From a virus, in the IMG/VR virus record IMGVR_UViG_3300045922_000151, positions 2,803-66,802 of that record: a DNA stretch of 64,000 bases. One strand, written 5' to 3'. A program made the translations under genes and the position numbers. The notes beneath the pieces were generated by a model. It searched no databases. It had not been told where the DNA came from and worked only from the letters and a program-made list of their open reading frames with translations. Below are positions 1 through 8,654 of the stretch, piece by piece. How positions within the stretch are numbered: position 1 is the first letter of the stretch; each line of letters opens with the position of its first letter.

Positions 1-70
1 TTTTGTAATCCTCTGGGATGAATTCCCACTCACTTCGACACACTTTGCAGTTATAGTATTTTGTCGTCAT
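1..70 (-). CDS. N-terminal fragment of small CxxC protein (MTTKYYNCKVCRSEWEF...), runs off window
   Basis: ATG overlaps stop of upstream nuclease (ATGA); open to window edge. Confidence 0.5.
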   Translation of the reverse strand, partial: MTTKYYNCKVCRSEWEFIPEDYK

Positions 71-666
71 AGCAGTTCTTTTTCGCACATCTCGCCTATC
101 TCCCTCCACACTCGCTTCATGTCGGCCATCTCATTGATGACCTGACCCATGCTTCGCTTGGTCCTGAATCTCTCGATCCGTCCCGTGCAGACGATCTCTC
201 CCACTTCGTATCCATCCTTAGTTTCGACCCAGACCAGCTCGATGTCGTTCGGTATCTTCTTCGTGAGGATGTATATCATCGTCGCGTAGAACGTGATCTG
301 CTCATCCTCATCGACTCTCCTCTGGGTCCATCCGTTCTTGCCGGTTTTATATTCCTTGAACCCAGAGAGGTCTATCTTGCATGTATCGATCTGCCCATAG
401 AGAGGCACCCTGTCATTTGCGATGATGAGTTCCGCTGATACCGGATACTCCATCTTCTCGAACTTCGGTATCTGCGCGATCATGAGATCGAGTAGCGGAT
501 CTCCGGATGCCTCGTCATCTTCGAGAGCGACGGCCATTCGTTTTCCGAACGCCATCTCTTTGGTGACGAACTTCGCTCCCTCGAACAGATACTTTTCTTT
601 GTATTGAGCGGGCGACTTCTTCCAGAGAGATTTTTGAGTGTATGAGAGGTATTCCCGAGGCCTCAT
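67..666 (-). CDS. PD-(D/E)XK exonuclease of phage recombination module
   Basis: YLSYTQ N-terminus, GQID...EYKTG and QITFYA motifs; adjacent to SSAP-like gene. Confidence 0.75.
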   Translation of the reverse strand: MRPREYLSYTQKSLWKKSPAQYKEKYLFEGAKFVTKEMAFGKRMAVALEDDEASGDPLLDLMIAQIPKFEKMEYPVSAELIIANDRVPLYGQIDTCKIDLSGFKEYKTGKNGWTQRRVDEDEQITFYATMIYILTKKIPNDIELVWVETKDGYEVGEIVCTGRIERFRTKRSMGQVINEMADMKRVWREIGEMCEKELL

Positions 667-1556
667 TTTGTTTTCGTCTTGGCGATCTGCGCGTCGATGA
701 TCTTGAGGAGCTCGACCTTTTCCTCGTCCTTATACTTGTCTGACTTCCCGATCTTCTTGCGGTAATCTTCAAGCGTCGCTTTGTCCTTGAGGAGAGCGAG
801 GTTCTTTTTTGCCGTTTCGAATACCGTCGTCACTTTGCCTGCCTCTTTGGCGGCGGCCTTTGCAGGAGTCTTTGCGCTTTCGTAGTAGTCTACCTGGATG
901 TCCATGTCCTCCACGTCCTCCACGTCCTGAGTGAATCGGCTTGATGAGTTCGTTGCTTCGAGGATCGCTCCCACGTAGCTTCTCTTTTGAGCCATCTTCA
1001 TGATCGTGTTCTCGAGGTCATAGAAGTCCTTTCTCTCGATCACGTAGACCGTGTACTTCTTACCGGCCTTTGAAATGCGTTCCTGCTTCTCTCCGATCTT
1101 CTTCTGTTCAGGCGTTGCCTGATTATCGAAGACCGTCGTGTATCGGTACTTCTTTTCCTTGCTGTTGCATGTTCCCTCGCACGTCGCTACCACCTGACCG
1201 CTCTTGTTATAGACCGTTGTGCGATAGGTGTACTTGATGAATGATCCGTCGTCCGCCACTTCCTTGAAGACGCAGGACTTCTGGCTTCGGAGGAAGAAGA
1301 ACTTCTCGAGCTTCTCGGCCCCTGGCTTGAGCAAGGTCGGCTTATCGACTCCCGGTATGGTCCCGTAGTCGATTCCGTCCTTGAGCATTCGATTGACGAA
1401 TGCGTCGTAGTTCTTGAGGAATGATTCGTACTCGGCGATCTGTTTTTCTGTCGGCAGGTTATATGCCGACACCGGCATCGGTTGATCGTGCACCGTGATG
1501 CCTGTCTCCGGTTTCTCATCTTTGATAATCTCCGGTTCTTGTTGGTTGTTTTGCAT
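663..1556 (-). CDS. Putative single-strand annealing/recombination protein
   Basis: DYGTIPG..KPTLLKPGAEKL and KMAQKRSYVGA...FTQDVED motifs typical of phage SSAP-like proteins; position next to exonuclease. Confidence 0.6.
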   Translation of the reverse strand: MQNNQQEPEIIKDEKPETGITVHDQPMPVSAYNLPTEKQIAEYESFLKNYDAFVNRMLKDGIDYGTIPGVDKPTLLKPGAEKLEKFFFLRSQKSCVFKEVADDGSFIKYTYRTTVYNKSGQVVATCEGTCNSKEKKYRYTTVFDNQATPEQKKIGEKQERISKAGKKYTVYVIERKDFYDLENTIMKMAQKRSYVGAILEATNSSSRFTQDVEDVEDMDIQVDYYESAKTPAKAAAKEAGKVTTVFETAKKNLALLKDKATLEDYRKKIGKSDKYKDEEKVELLKIIDAQIAKTKTK

Positions 1557-1558
1557 GG

Positions 1559-2173
1559 TTATGATGCCTTTGATACCATCTCCGGCTTTTCGAATATCTC
1601 AACTCCAGGGATCGACACCCCTGCGAGTGCGACTTTCCTGATCTTTACCAGATCAAGCTCGCGTGGTTTGTAATACTCATCCGGGATGAGTTTCTCGTCG
1701 ACGATGCGATAGTCCCTGACCATCTTCATGGTCAGCTTCGATGTCCCTGCGTCGACTGTTTTCTTGGCCTCCGGGATCGCTTCGATCTTCTTGGCGGCCG
1801 TTTCCGGTTTCTGGTAGCCGGTCTCTACTTTTTTAATCTCTTTTGCTTTCAGCTCATCCTCCTTTTTCTTCTCCTCGAGCATGAATGTCTGCGCCTTGCT
1901 TTTGAGGATTGCTTCTGCTTCATCACACGCGGTGATGTAGGGATCGTATTGTTCTTTGGCTTTGGAGATGATCTCCTTGGCCGGAGTGATGTATTTGTCA
2001 CGCTCTTGCGTCACAAACTTTTTCATCTTTTTTACGTTCCCGATGTGCTCTGCGACCGCTGTCAACTCCTCTTGCGAAGTCACCTTGATTGCGAGCACCT
2101 GCTCCCGCATCGCTTCGATCTTGGTCTTTACGACCGCAACCTCCTCTGCGGGTATTACTTCTGTTGTTTGCAT
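1559..2173 (-). CDS. Coiled-coil recombination-module protein (Gp157/Gam-like)
   Basis: Long K/E coiled coil, C-terminal IVDEKLIPDEY...IPGVEIFE motif. Confidence 0.55.
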   Translation of the reverse strand: MQTTEVIPAEEVAVVKTKIEAMREQVLAIKVTSQEELTAVAEHIGNVKKMKKFVTQERDKYITPAKEIISKAKEQYDPYITACDEAEAILKSKAQTFMLEEKKKEDELKAKEIKKVETGYQKPETAAKKIEAIPEAKKTVDAGTSKLTMKMVRDYRIVDEKLIPDEYYKPRELDLVKIRKVALAGVSIPGVEIFEKPEMVSKAS

Positions 2174-2197
2174 GGTTCGTTTCGTTGTTGTTGTTGA

Positions 2198-2479
2198 TTA
2201 AGTTTCGTCATCGACCTTTGGAAACGCTTTGAGCGGAGATGTCTCCTCCCAACACTTGCCTCCTCGGCAAATGTGGTACCGAATCTCATCCCCGTCTACC
2301 ATCGCGACCACGATGCGCTTCGGGACTCTTTCGAAGTCCGCGCCCGCTTTCAGTACCTTGACTTGGTACTTTTGATCCACGAGTAGATCGTATTCGAGCC
2401 CAGGGATATCCGACACATCCTTGACGGAGTATGCGAACGTCCAGAGCTTTCTTTTAACTTTATCGACCGCGTTTTCCAT
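2198..2479 (-). CDS. Hypothetical protein
   Basis: 93-aa ORF directly after a sigma70-type promoter. Confidence 0.6.
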   Translation of the reverse strand: MENAVDKVKRKLWTFAYSVKDVSDIPGLEYDLLVDQKYQVKVLKAGADFERVPKRIVVAMVDGDEIRYHICRGGKCWEETSPLKAFPKVDDET

Positions 2480-2488
2480 GACCTCTTT

Positions 2489-2535
2489 ATTATAAATGAT
2501 TTATAGTTTTGCGTCTAATCATCCTGTTGATAACT
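2489..2535 (-). promoter_or_regulatory. Early promoter: AGTTATCAACAG box, TAGACG -35, TATAAT -10 overlapped by palindrome TATAAATgATTTATA
   Basis: Same architecture at 6277-6322 and 32781-32826. Confidence 0.7.
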
Positions 2536-3707
2536 CAAGGCTCGAGCGGTACCCCTGTTATCTGCCTTTCCTTGCTCATCACTGCCCACTTGCCCTTTGG
2601 ATTGAGCCGATATTCCACGTCTGTTATCTCGCCGAAGCGGGAGTAGTTCCCGCACATGTCCACCACGAAGCAGTCCTTTTTGCTCTGGTGCGGTCGTATG
2701 CCTCTGCCGATCATCTGCATGTATAAGGCCATGCTCATGGTCGGCCGGGCGATGATGATCGTGTCGAGCTCGGGGAAGTCAAACCCTATCGTAAGCACCC
2801 CGACATTGAAGACCGTCGTGATGATGCCCCGCCGGAACTTCTCGATGATCTGCGCCCGGTCCTTTGGATGTGTCTTTGCCGAGACGGCGGCCGAGTCCGG
2901 CACCTGCGTCGCGAGCAGTTCTGCGTCCACTACATTTTTCACATACACGATCCGGAACTTTCTGCCTTTCTTTTTCGATGCTTCGATGATGCCCGGGATG
3001 CGTTCGTAGACCATCTGCAATTTTATTTCCCGATCCACGACCTCCTCGTCGTATTCCGCGCCGGTTGAGTTGGCGATGAGCCGTTCGTTATCCCACGGCA
3101 CTTCGTGATACCTGACCTGTGAGAGAAACCCTTGATCGTAGATTTCCTTGATCTGAGTGATGTGCAGAAACCTATTGAAGAATCTCGGCCTCTCTCGCGT
3201 AAGCAAGTTGAGCATAGAGAATTGTCTGTTGGTCCAAGGATCGAGGTATGTCTTGAGCCGGAACGCCGTCGCCGTAAGCCCGAGCACTTTTACATCCGTC
3301 ATCTGACCGAGAAAGTTCATAAACATGGAACCGCTGAATGGCGGCACCAGATGACACTCGTCGATGATGATGTACTTCACATGCGCGAAGAGTTCCGGCT
3401 TTTTTGTGATCGACCCTATGGTCGCGAACGTCACATGCCCGACCTCCTTGCGCTTCATGCTCGCCGAGTAGATTTTTGCCTCGCCTCCGTAGGCGATATA
3501 CTTGGCATAGTTTTGCTCGAGCAGTTCCTTGCTCGGTTGAATGACGAGGACGCCCTCCTTGAGAGCGTTCGCCATGTGGCCGATGTAGATGCTTTTTCCT
3601 GAGCCTGTTGGAGCTACAATTATCGGATGATCTTCGTGATCGCCGTTCAGGAAGAAGTCCACTCCCTTATCGACCGCCTTTTTTTGATATTCTCGTAATG
3701 TGAACAT
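2535..3707 (-). CDS. SF2 DEAD/DEAH-box helicase (RadD/YejH-like)
   Basis: LREYQ, APTGSGKS (Walker A), DECH, TATA, GFDFP and QMIGRGIR motifs. Confidence 0.9.
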   Translation of the reverse strand: MFTLREYQKKAVDKGVDFFLNGDHEDHPIIVAPTGSGKSIYIGHMANALKEGVLVIQPSKELLEQNYAKYIAYGGEAKIYSASMKRKEVGHVTFATIGSITKKPELFAHVKYIIIDECHLVPPFSGSMFMNFLGQMTDVKVLGLTATAFRLKTYLDPWTNRQFSMLNLLTRERPRFFNRFLHITQIKEIYDQGFLSQVRYHEVPWDNERLIANSTGAEYDEEVVDREIKLQMVYERIPGIIEASKKKGRKFRIVYVKNVVDAELLATQVPDSAAVSAKTHPKDRAQIIEKFRRGIITTVFNVGVLTIGFDFPELDTIIIARPTMSMALYMQMIGRGIRPHQSKKDCFVVDMCGNYSRFGEITDVEYRLNPKGKWAVMSKERQITGVPLEP

Positions 3708-3756
3708 TGCTTGTCTTGCCCTAGCGGGTGTATAATTTTCTTGTAGTTCTTTCCTC

Positions 3757-3867
3757 TTGGCAGACCGGTCATCCCGTGCTCCGCTTGCGGATGCACAACC
3801 CTCGGAAGGTTATCCCGTTAGACCGGTCTGCCAACCCACCTGGCCCCCTCTCTACGGATTGGGGGCC
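3757..3867 (-). ncRNA. Candidate structured RNA: multibranch element plus GC-rich hairpin upstream of helicase
   Basis: Perfect 14-bp inverted repeat TTGGCAGACCGGTC (3757-3770) / GACCGGTCTGCCAA (3821-3834) enclosing two hairpins; adjacent GGCCCCC/GGGGGCC hairpin. Confidence 0.45.
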
Positions 3868-3873
3868 TTTCTC

Positions 3874-4170
3874 TTATGATTCGTCTGTGGCCTCCTGGGA
3901 GCCTCCCTGGGTTGCGTTACCCTCGTTTTCGACCTCTGAGCCGTCCCCGGGCTCTAACCCCTCGGATTCGCTTGTTTCTTTCGATTCCTGCCCATCCATG
4001 ACCGGTCCTGGAATCGGTGGAGTGAATACGTTGCCCGGAGTGTAGCCCGTTTCGTACTCCCACCCCTGCCCTTTGATGTATCCCTGCTCGATCCGGCCCA
4101 CGACGTACCCGAGGAACTCTATCGCCTCGTGGCTGTTCTCGACATCGTGCTCTATTTTTAGTGTAGCCAT
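3874..4170 (-). CDS. Hypothetical protein with acidic C-terminal tail
   Basis: 98-aa ORF tightly packed in operon. Confidence 0.6.
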   Translation of the reverse strand: MATLKIEHDVENSHEAIEFLGYVVGRIEQGYIKGQGWEYETGYTPGNVFTPPIPGPVMDGQESKETSESEGLEPGDGSEVENEGNATQGGSQEATDES

Positions 4171-4171
4171 A

Positions 4172-4387
4172 TTACCAATTTGTCACCTTGCGTCCTTGTT
4201 TGTCCGCAAATGATCCGATTAAGATTCGAATAAAATCGACCAGTGTGCCGACTCCGAGGAGTCCGAGCGTGAAGAGGTACAGGAATCCGGTGCCGATCTT
4301 CCCGACGTAGAAGCGATGCGCTCCGAACCCGCCGAGGAAGATGCAGAACAGTAGTACCGCTACGCGCGATTTGTCTGATGCTTCCAT
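4172..4387 (-). CDS. TM2/NINE-domain membrane protein
   Basis: KSRVAVLLFCIFLGGFGAHRFYVGKIGTG..LFTLGLLGVG..VD signature. Confidence 0.9.
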   Translation of the reverse strand: MEASDKSRVAVLLFCIFLGGFGAHRFYVGKIGTGFLYLFTLGLLGVGTLVDFIRILIGSFADKQGRKVTNW

Positions 4388-4388
4388 G

Positions 4389-4571
4389 TTACTTTTTCTC
4401 TACCGTTGCTTGGATAAGTTCGACCAGGTCTTTTTGAGCGGCCTCGAGGCACTCCTTGAAGTCCTCCATGTCCGTCTTGCTGTCCGGATTGAGGTTTAAG
4501 CTCAGGTTGACCATGTCTTTTTTATAACTGAATGTTTTCACGTTGCCGATTGCTTTTTCTATTGTGTCCAT
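4389..4571 (-). CDS. Hypothetical protein
   Basis: 60-aa ORF abutting neighbours. Confidence 0.55.
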   Translation of the reverse strand: MDTIEKAIGNVKTFSYKKDMVNLSLNLNPDSKTDMEDFKECLEAAQKDLVELIQATVEKK

Positions 4572-4624
4572 GATGATTTTTTCATTTAGTAATTCACAGT
4601 CCTTTCGATGCCGTGATCCTGTCC

Positions 4625-4834
4625 CTACGTCGCACTCGGGGCATCTGCCTTTGCGACTACAACGCTTCCGACGTACCTCACTTTAATGCTGATCTCTTTG
4701 GGACGCCTCCGCGCTTTCTTGTAAGCCATTCCACCCGCCCTCCGGAACGCCACCCCGAACGAGCTCGCTTTGATCTGAACGTCGTTGTAGATGATTCCCC
4801 AGTCGCATGTTGCGTTTGCTACGAAGAGCTTCAT
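4625..4834 (-). CDS. Small basic hypothetical protein
   Basis: 69-aa ORF starting 2 nt after ssb stop. Confidence 0.55.
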   Translation of the reverse strand: MKLFVANATCDWGIIYNDVQIKASSFGVAFRRAGGMAYKKARRRPKEISIKVRYVGSVVVAKADAPSAT

Positions 4835-4836
4835 GG

Positions 4837-5259
4837 TTAGAACGGAATGTCATCCGGGTTGAACTCCTCTCCCGAGTTTCCCTCCGGCTCTTTTCCATAG
4901 TTATCGAATTGCTCATCGACCTCGCCCTTTGGCTTCTGTCCGAAGTCAAACCGCTCTGCGATGATCTGCGATCTATACCCCTTGCCCGATCCGTCTTTCT
5001 TATCGTAGGTCTCATGTTCCTGACGACCCTCGATGTAGATTTCCTGACCTTTGACGAAGTACTGCGCGATCACCTCGGCGGTCCGGCCGAACGTCACTAC
5101 GTTGTGGAACGTCACCTTTTCCTGCTTCTCGCCTCCGTCATTTTTCCAGACGTGATTCGTTGCTACCGAGAATGTGCATACCTGCGTTCCGCTCGGTGTT
5201 AACCGCAGTTCGGGCTGTTTTGTCAGACGCCCGATGATCTGAATTTTATTTAGGTTCAT
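4837..5259 (-). CDS. ssb: Single-stranded DNA-binding protein
   Basis: NLNKIQIIGRLTKQPELRLTPSG OB-fold start; C-terminal DDIPF. Confidence 0.97.
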   Translation of the reverse strand: MNLNKIQIIGRLTKQPELRLTPSGTQVCTFSVATNHVWKNDGGEKQEKVTFHNVVTFGRTAEVIAQYFVKGQEIYIEGRQEHETYDKKDGSGKGYRSQIIAERFDFGQKPKGEVDEQFDNYGKEPEGNSGEEFNPDDIPF

Positions 5260-5464
5260 TGTCGTTTGTTACATAGCACTCCGGATATGATCCGTGATCC
5301 GCGTACCACGCTGACGGTGTCGTGTGGTATTGCTCCGCCACACACGCTTCGTATTTGTCCGCCCACTCCATGAGCTTCGCGTCCCTTTGGTTTGTCCACC
5401 AGAGGATGAGACCCATGACGGTGATCAAGACGATGATCCAGATTGCTATCTTAGTGTTTTGCAT
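5246..5464 (-). CDS. Small single-pass membrane protein
   Basis: N-terminal hydrophobic helix, two Cys in the C-terminal part. Confidence 0.6.
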   Translation of the reverse strand: MQNTKIAIWIIVLITVMGLILWWTNQRDAKLMEWADKYEACVAEQYHTTPSAWYADHGSYPECYVTNDNEPK

Positions 5465-5496
5465 GGTGTTTTTTTGTTGATAAAAGCCCCCGATGC

Positions 5497-6225
5497 CTAT
5501 CGCGTCGTGAGGCCGAAGTATTTCCCGATCTCCTGCGTCGCGCGGAAGCGCGTCGTGATCGGCATCTTTTTTGCTGATTTGGTGAATGCGTTATGGAGCG
5601 ACCACATTGATCTCGCTTGGAACTCCGGATGTATCGGATTCTCGAAATTGTTTCTAACCTCTTCCATGAACTTTTTCGGCATGATCCCTTTCGAGAAGAT
5701 GTCGAACATCACCGCCTTTGCTTTCTCGTCGCTTATTGATGTCTTTTTGAGCGTCTGCATCTCATCGTTGAGGATGCCGAAGTGATCCCGGAGCTTTCCT
5801 ACCGCCTCCGTGATCTCCGCTTCAAGGTCTAACCCCGATGTGTGCTTTCGCCTGAGCGCGATCATGTCGCCTCGGAAGACGAGGTTGTCGCAGACGAACA
5901 CCGTAAATCCGGCGCATATCTGGATCGACATCGTTTTGTTGAGAGCCTGCCTAATGCCTAAGGTCGCGGTCCCGTCGTTCCCGAACGGGCTTCCCGTCGT
6001 GAACTTGAGCTTCGACACCCAGAACATAAGGAGTCCCTTTCTCCCGATTCCGAACTGTTCCTGCTCTACCCATATGCCCTCCTTGCGGAGAACCCTGGTC
6101 ATTGTCTCGAGGAGCTCGATGTGAGGTACCGGTTTCCAGGTCTCGGTACTCTCCGGAGTTTCTAGTTTTGCGATCTCCGATCGCTTCATCTCATGAGTCC
6201 CTCGATGTAGCATCAATCCTTGCAT
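5497..6225 (-). CDS. DUF932-family protein
   Basis: WKPVPH, AGFTVFVCDNLVF, RRKHT and WSLHNAFT motifs. Confidence 0.8.
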   Translation of the reverse strand: MQGLMLHRGTHEMKRSEIAKLETPESTETWKPVPHIELLETMTRVLRKEGIWVEQEQFGIGRKGLLMFWVSKLKFTTGSPFGNDGTATLGIRQALNKTMSIQICAGFTVFVCDNLVFRGDMIALRRKHTSGLDLEAEITEAVGKLRDHFGILNDEMQTLKKTSISDEKAKAVMFDIFSKGIMPKKFMEEVRNNFENPIHPEFQARSMWSLHNAFTKSAKKMPITTRFRATQEIGKYFGLTTR

Positions 6226-6276
6226 GGTTTTTTTGATTCTTATTGGTTTCTAATTATCGACCTTTACACTGTCTAT

Positions 6277-6322
6277 ATTATAAAAGTTTTATAACCCCGT
6301 AAAATGACAGCTGTTGATAACT
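6277..6322 (-). promoter_or_regulatory. Early promoter: AGTTATCAACAG box, TTTACG -35, TATAAT -10 with palindrome TATAAAAgTTTTATA
   Basis: Motifs read directly; repeated architecture. Confidence 0.7.
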
Positions 6323-6359
6323 CCGTCTGTAAGCCTCCTTGCCCCGCCCCTTATAAAGT

Positions 6360-6470
6360 CCATGTTCACGACGTGGACATGGTGTCCATGTTCACCTGGT
6401 GGACATGCCCATGTTCACGGGGTGAACATTAACAATACACATAGAACAAAACTCAGTATAGGTAGCAAAA
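6360..6470. repeat. Three tandem palindromic iterons plus A-rich tract: putative replication origin of phage A
   Basis: CCATGTTCAC-NNN-GTG(G/A)ACAT at 6360, 6386 and 6409, followed by AACAATACACATAGAACAAAAC. Confidence 0.7.
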
Positions 6471-6510
6471 TTCCCTGTAGCGATTCTTTTCTCCGTCATT
6501 CAGGTATGAG

Positions 6511-6536
6511 AAAAACCGCCCTTTCGAGCGGTTTCT
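6511..6536 (-). terminator. Intrinsic terminator ending the late/lysis transcript
   Basis: Minus strand AAACCGCTC-GAAA-GGGCGGTTTTTCT. Confidence 0.75.
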
Positions 6537-6587
6537 CCCTAACCAACAAGAACCACGAAGCGATGAGGCCCATGCAAAACCTCCCCC

Positions 6588-6791
6588 TTAGTGTAGCCTA
6601 CCTGGCTTTCCTTGTCGATTTTCGCTGGCCGGAGCTTTCTTCTTCGGCTTCGCGACCGGCTTTGGTCCCGTTACCGTTTGATACTTGCCAACGATCCCTG
6701 CGAGTTCTTCCTTGGAGATCGTTTCACCAACGCGCTCGGAGAGCTCCGGGCACTTCTTGGCGATCTCGGCAGTGATAGTTGTGTATACCAT
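6588..6791 (-). CDS. Small basic hypothetical protein
   Basis: 67-aa ORF with upstream TGGTATAGT extended -10. Confidence 0.55.
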   Translation of the reverse strand: MVYTTITAEIAKKCPELSERVGETISKEELAGIVGKYQTVTGPKPVAKPKKKAPASENRQGKPGRLH

Positions 6792-6835
6792 GGTCTTTCT
6801 TGTTAGCTGATAATAAAAATACTATACCACTTTTC

Positions 6836-7282
6836 TTAATCCTTGGGAGGCCTCCCGAGCTTCTTCACGCACCCTGGGAACTGCTTCTCCCATTCGACCC
6901 CCGGATCGTGGATCATGTTCGTGACGATCTCTTTTTGGAGGTCGTGGCTCTTGAGGAGTTCCATCAGCTTTTCATGTGGAACGCCTGCCTCGATGACCCC
7001 GTAGAGCTCCCCGTAAAACTTGAATGTAGACGGCTTGAATTGAAATGAGTAATAGCTTGGCGTCCCGTCCAGGTCTTCTTCGTTTATGGCGGTTGTGACC
7101 CCCTGACTTTCGCACCATTCCAGTGCGTTGATCCATACCTCCTGGCGATGCGATAACGTCACCGGAGGTTTCTCCGGAGTCTGATCTGCTATCGCCTCCG
7201 GTTCTACCGTCGTATGAGGCCACAATGTGATTGCCGATGCCCCCGCCACGAGCACTGCGACAAAAAATAAGTGTTTTTTCAT
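6836..7282 (-). CDS. Signal-anchored lysozyme-fold transglycosylase (Rpf/SLT-like)
   Basis: MKKHLFFVAV.. signal, ALEWCESQG (catalytic Glu), YYSFQFKPSTF; homologue at 39533-39985; start re-called to ATG 7282. Confidence 0.7.
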   Translation of the reverse strand: MKKHLFFVAVLVAGASAITLWPHTTVEPEAIADQTPEKPPVTLSHRQEVWINALEWCESQGVTTAINEEDLDGTPSYYSFQFKPSTFKFYGELYGVIEAGVPHEKLMELLKSHDLQKEIVTNMIHDPGVEWEKQFPGCVKKLGRPPKD

Positions 7283-7390
7283 AGGTGCGTCGGTTTCGCT
7301 CCGACAACTCCGTGTCTGCTTTCCACCGTATCCGACCCCTATATTGTAGCACTTTTCCGGCAGGATTTCCGGCTTCTTGTCCACCCCGGA

Positions 7391-7570
7391 CTAGCCGTTA
7401 TTGACGTCCGTCTTTACGTCAATGCCCTGCTTTTGAAGCCATGCTACCCCTACTTTGAGCAGAACGCCTACACCTATGAGTGTGAGCGCGAGCACGATGT
7501 CATCGAGCTTTGTCAGACCTGCCCCGATGAGAAGCGATCCCGCGTCTCCGATTGATAGTTTGTTGTCCAT
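7391..7570 (-). CDS. Putative holin (59 aa, not in ORF track)
   Basis: Hand-translated MDNKLSIGDAGSLLIGAGLTKLDDIVLALTLIGVGVLLKVGVAWLQKQG...; hydrophobic; lies between lysin and transglycosylase. Confidence 0.6.
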   Translation of the reverse strand: MDNKLSIGDAGSLLIGAGLTKLDDIVLALTLIGVGVLLKVGVAWLQKQGIDVKTDVNNG

Positions 7571-7584
7571 GTTCGTGTTGTTAG

Positions 7585-8646
7585 TTAATAAATCTCGTTC
7601 AATTTCGCCCGTGTACGAGGCCCGACCCGACCGTATCCCGGGTCCGTTGACACGGCGATGTTGTACTTGTCCTGGAACTTCTGGACGGCGGTCTTTGTTA
7701 TCGCTCCGAAGTATCCCGTCGATGCGGCGTTCGTCGGGAAGAGACCCTCGTACTTGAGGCAGTCTTGAAGAGCTTTGACGTCGTTGTTCGTCATGCCGAA
7801 CACGAGGTCTGTGTTGAATGTGTAGCTTGGCTTTACGGGAGTTGATTGCTGTTCATCGAATACGAAGCTCATCGGATAAGCGGCGAACCAGTTACGAGCT
7901 TTGAAAAAGTCCTCGTCGATGATCCTCTGTCCCGCAAGTCCGTAGGAGCTACCCCATGAGTCCTCGATGATCAGAGCTTTCTTGCCGTCAACAAGCGTAT
8001 AGTCTACTGCGGTAACGCTGTGGCGAGCTGTAGAACTAGCGTACAGGTCAAGGTTCGGGTTCATCACGACAGGGCGTGCGGTCCATTCCCTATCCTCAAA
8101 ATAGAACCAAACCATCACTGCCTTGCCGGTGGTCTGAATGATTGAGGCAATCTTGTCTATGTCCTTTGTTCCAACGACGAGGTAGTTATCAATCTTGAAA
8201 ATCTCCCCGACTTCCTGTTTGTAGGTTTCAATTTTGGCCGAATCCATCTGCGCGTCGGTCATATTCTGCGACGGTGCGAGAACTTCGAGGGTCACGCCTT
8301 TACGGGCGATGTCTAAAGCGTCGATGCCCCACATCCCGCTCGCTGGCCTGTTAGACCTTCGCTGATAGATATGTGTCGCGCTGAAATGAACGTACACGCC
8401 ATTTTTGAGCCAATACATAACGCCCAAGAGCTTCGCCATCGTTTGAGCCACGCAAGACCCTGAACCGTTCTGGTTGAATATCGGAAACTTGCGCCACTGA
8501 CTTTGCGGCTTCTCTACCCAGTTGACTGGGTTCACTGAAGCAACTATTTCCTCAAACTTGTAGTCTTTCAACTGCTCCTCAACAGGACGAGGGTCAATGT
8601 TTGCACCTGTACCTTTCTTCTCCTTGAAAATGTTTAGTATGTCCAT
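7585..8646 (-). CDS. Putative endolysin: papain-like (C1) cysteine peptidase plus peptidoglycan-binding domain
   Basis: QNGSGSCVA (Cys), RHSV (His), IEDSWG; C-terminal DVKALQ..L...TGYFGAITKTAVQKFQ...GRVGPRTRAKLN. Confidence 0.8.
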   Translation of the reverse strand: MDILNIFKEKKGTGANIDPRPVEEQLKDYKFEEIVASVNPVNWVEKPQSQWRKFPIFNQNGSGSCVAQTMAKLLGVMYWLKNGVYVHFSATHIYQRRSNRPASGMWGIDALDIARKGVTLEVLAPSQNMTDAQMDSAKIETYKQEVGEIFKIDNYLVVGTKDIDKIASIIQTTGKAVMVWFYFEDREWTARPVVMNPNLDLYASSTARHSVTAVDYTLVDGKKALIIEDSWGSSYGLAGQRIIDEDFFKARNWFAAYPMSFVFDEQQSTPVKPSYTFNTDLVFGMTNNDVKALQDCLKYEGLFPTNAASTGYFGAITKTAVQKFQDKYNIAVSTDPGYGRVGPRTRAKLNEIY

Positions 8647-8654
8647 ATATTTTT

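Noticed and set aside
67-666. Cas4 / CRISPR adaptation gene
   Set aside because: Lacks the four-Cys Fe-S pattern and sits in an SSAP-exonuclease recombination context
895-930. Short 9-bp tandem repeat
   Set aside because: It simply encodes the acidic QDVEDVEDMD linker
3757-3834. tRNA gene
   Set aside because: Only two inner arms, a 14-bp closing stem, and no T-loop GTTC or CCA end
6360-6430. Palindromic repeats as a CRISPR mini-array
   Set aside because: Units are separated by only 1-3 nt, there are no spacers and no cas genes; they fit iterons better
6314-6775. 153-aa plus-strand ORF as a real gene
   Set aside because: It crosses the iterons, a terminator and an antisense gene; only its middle resembles an initiator linker, which is treated under the origin finding
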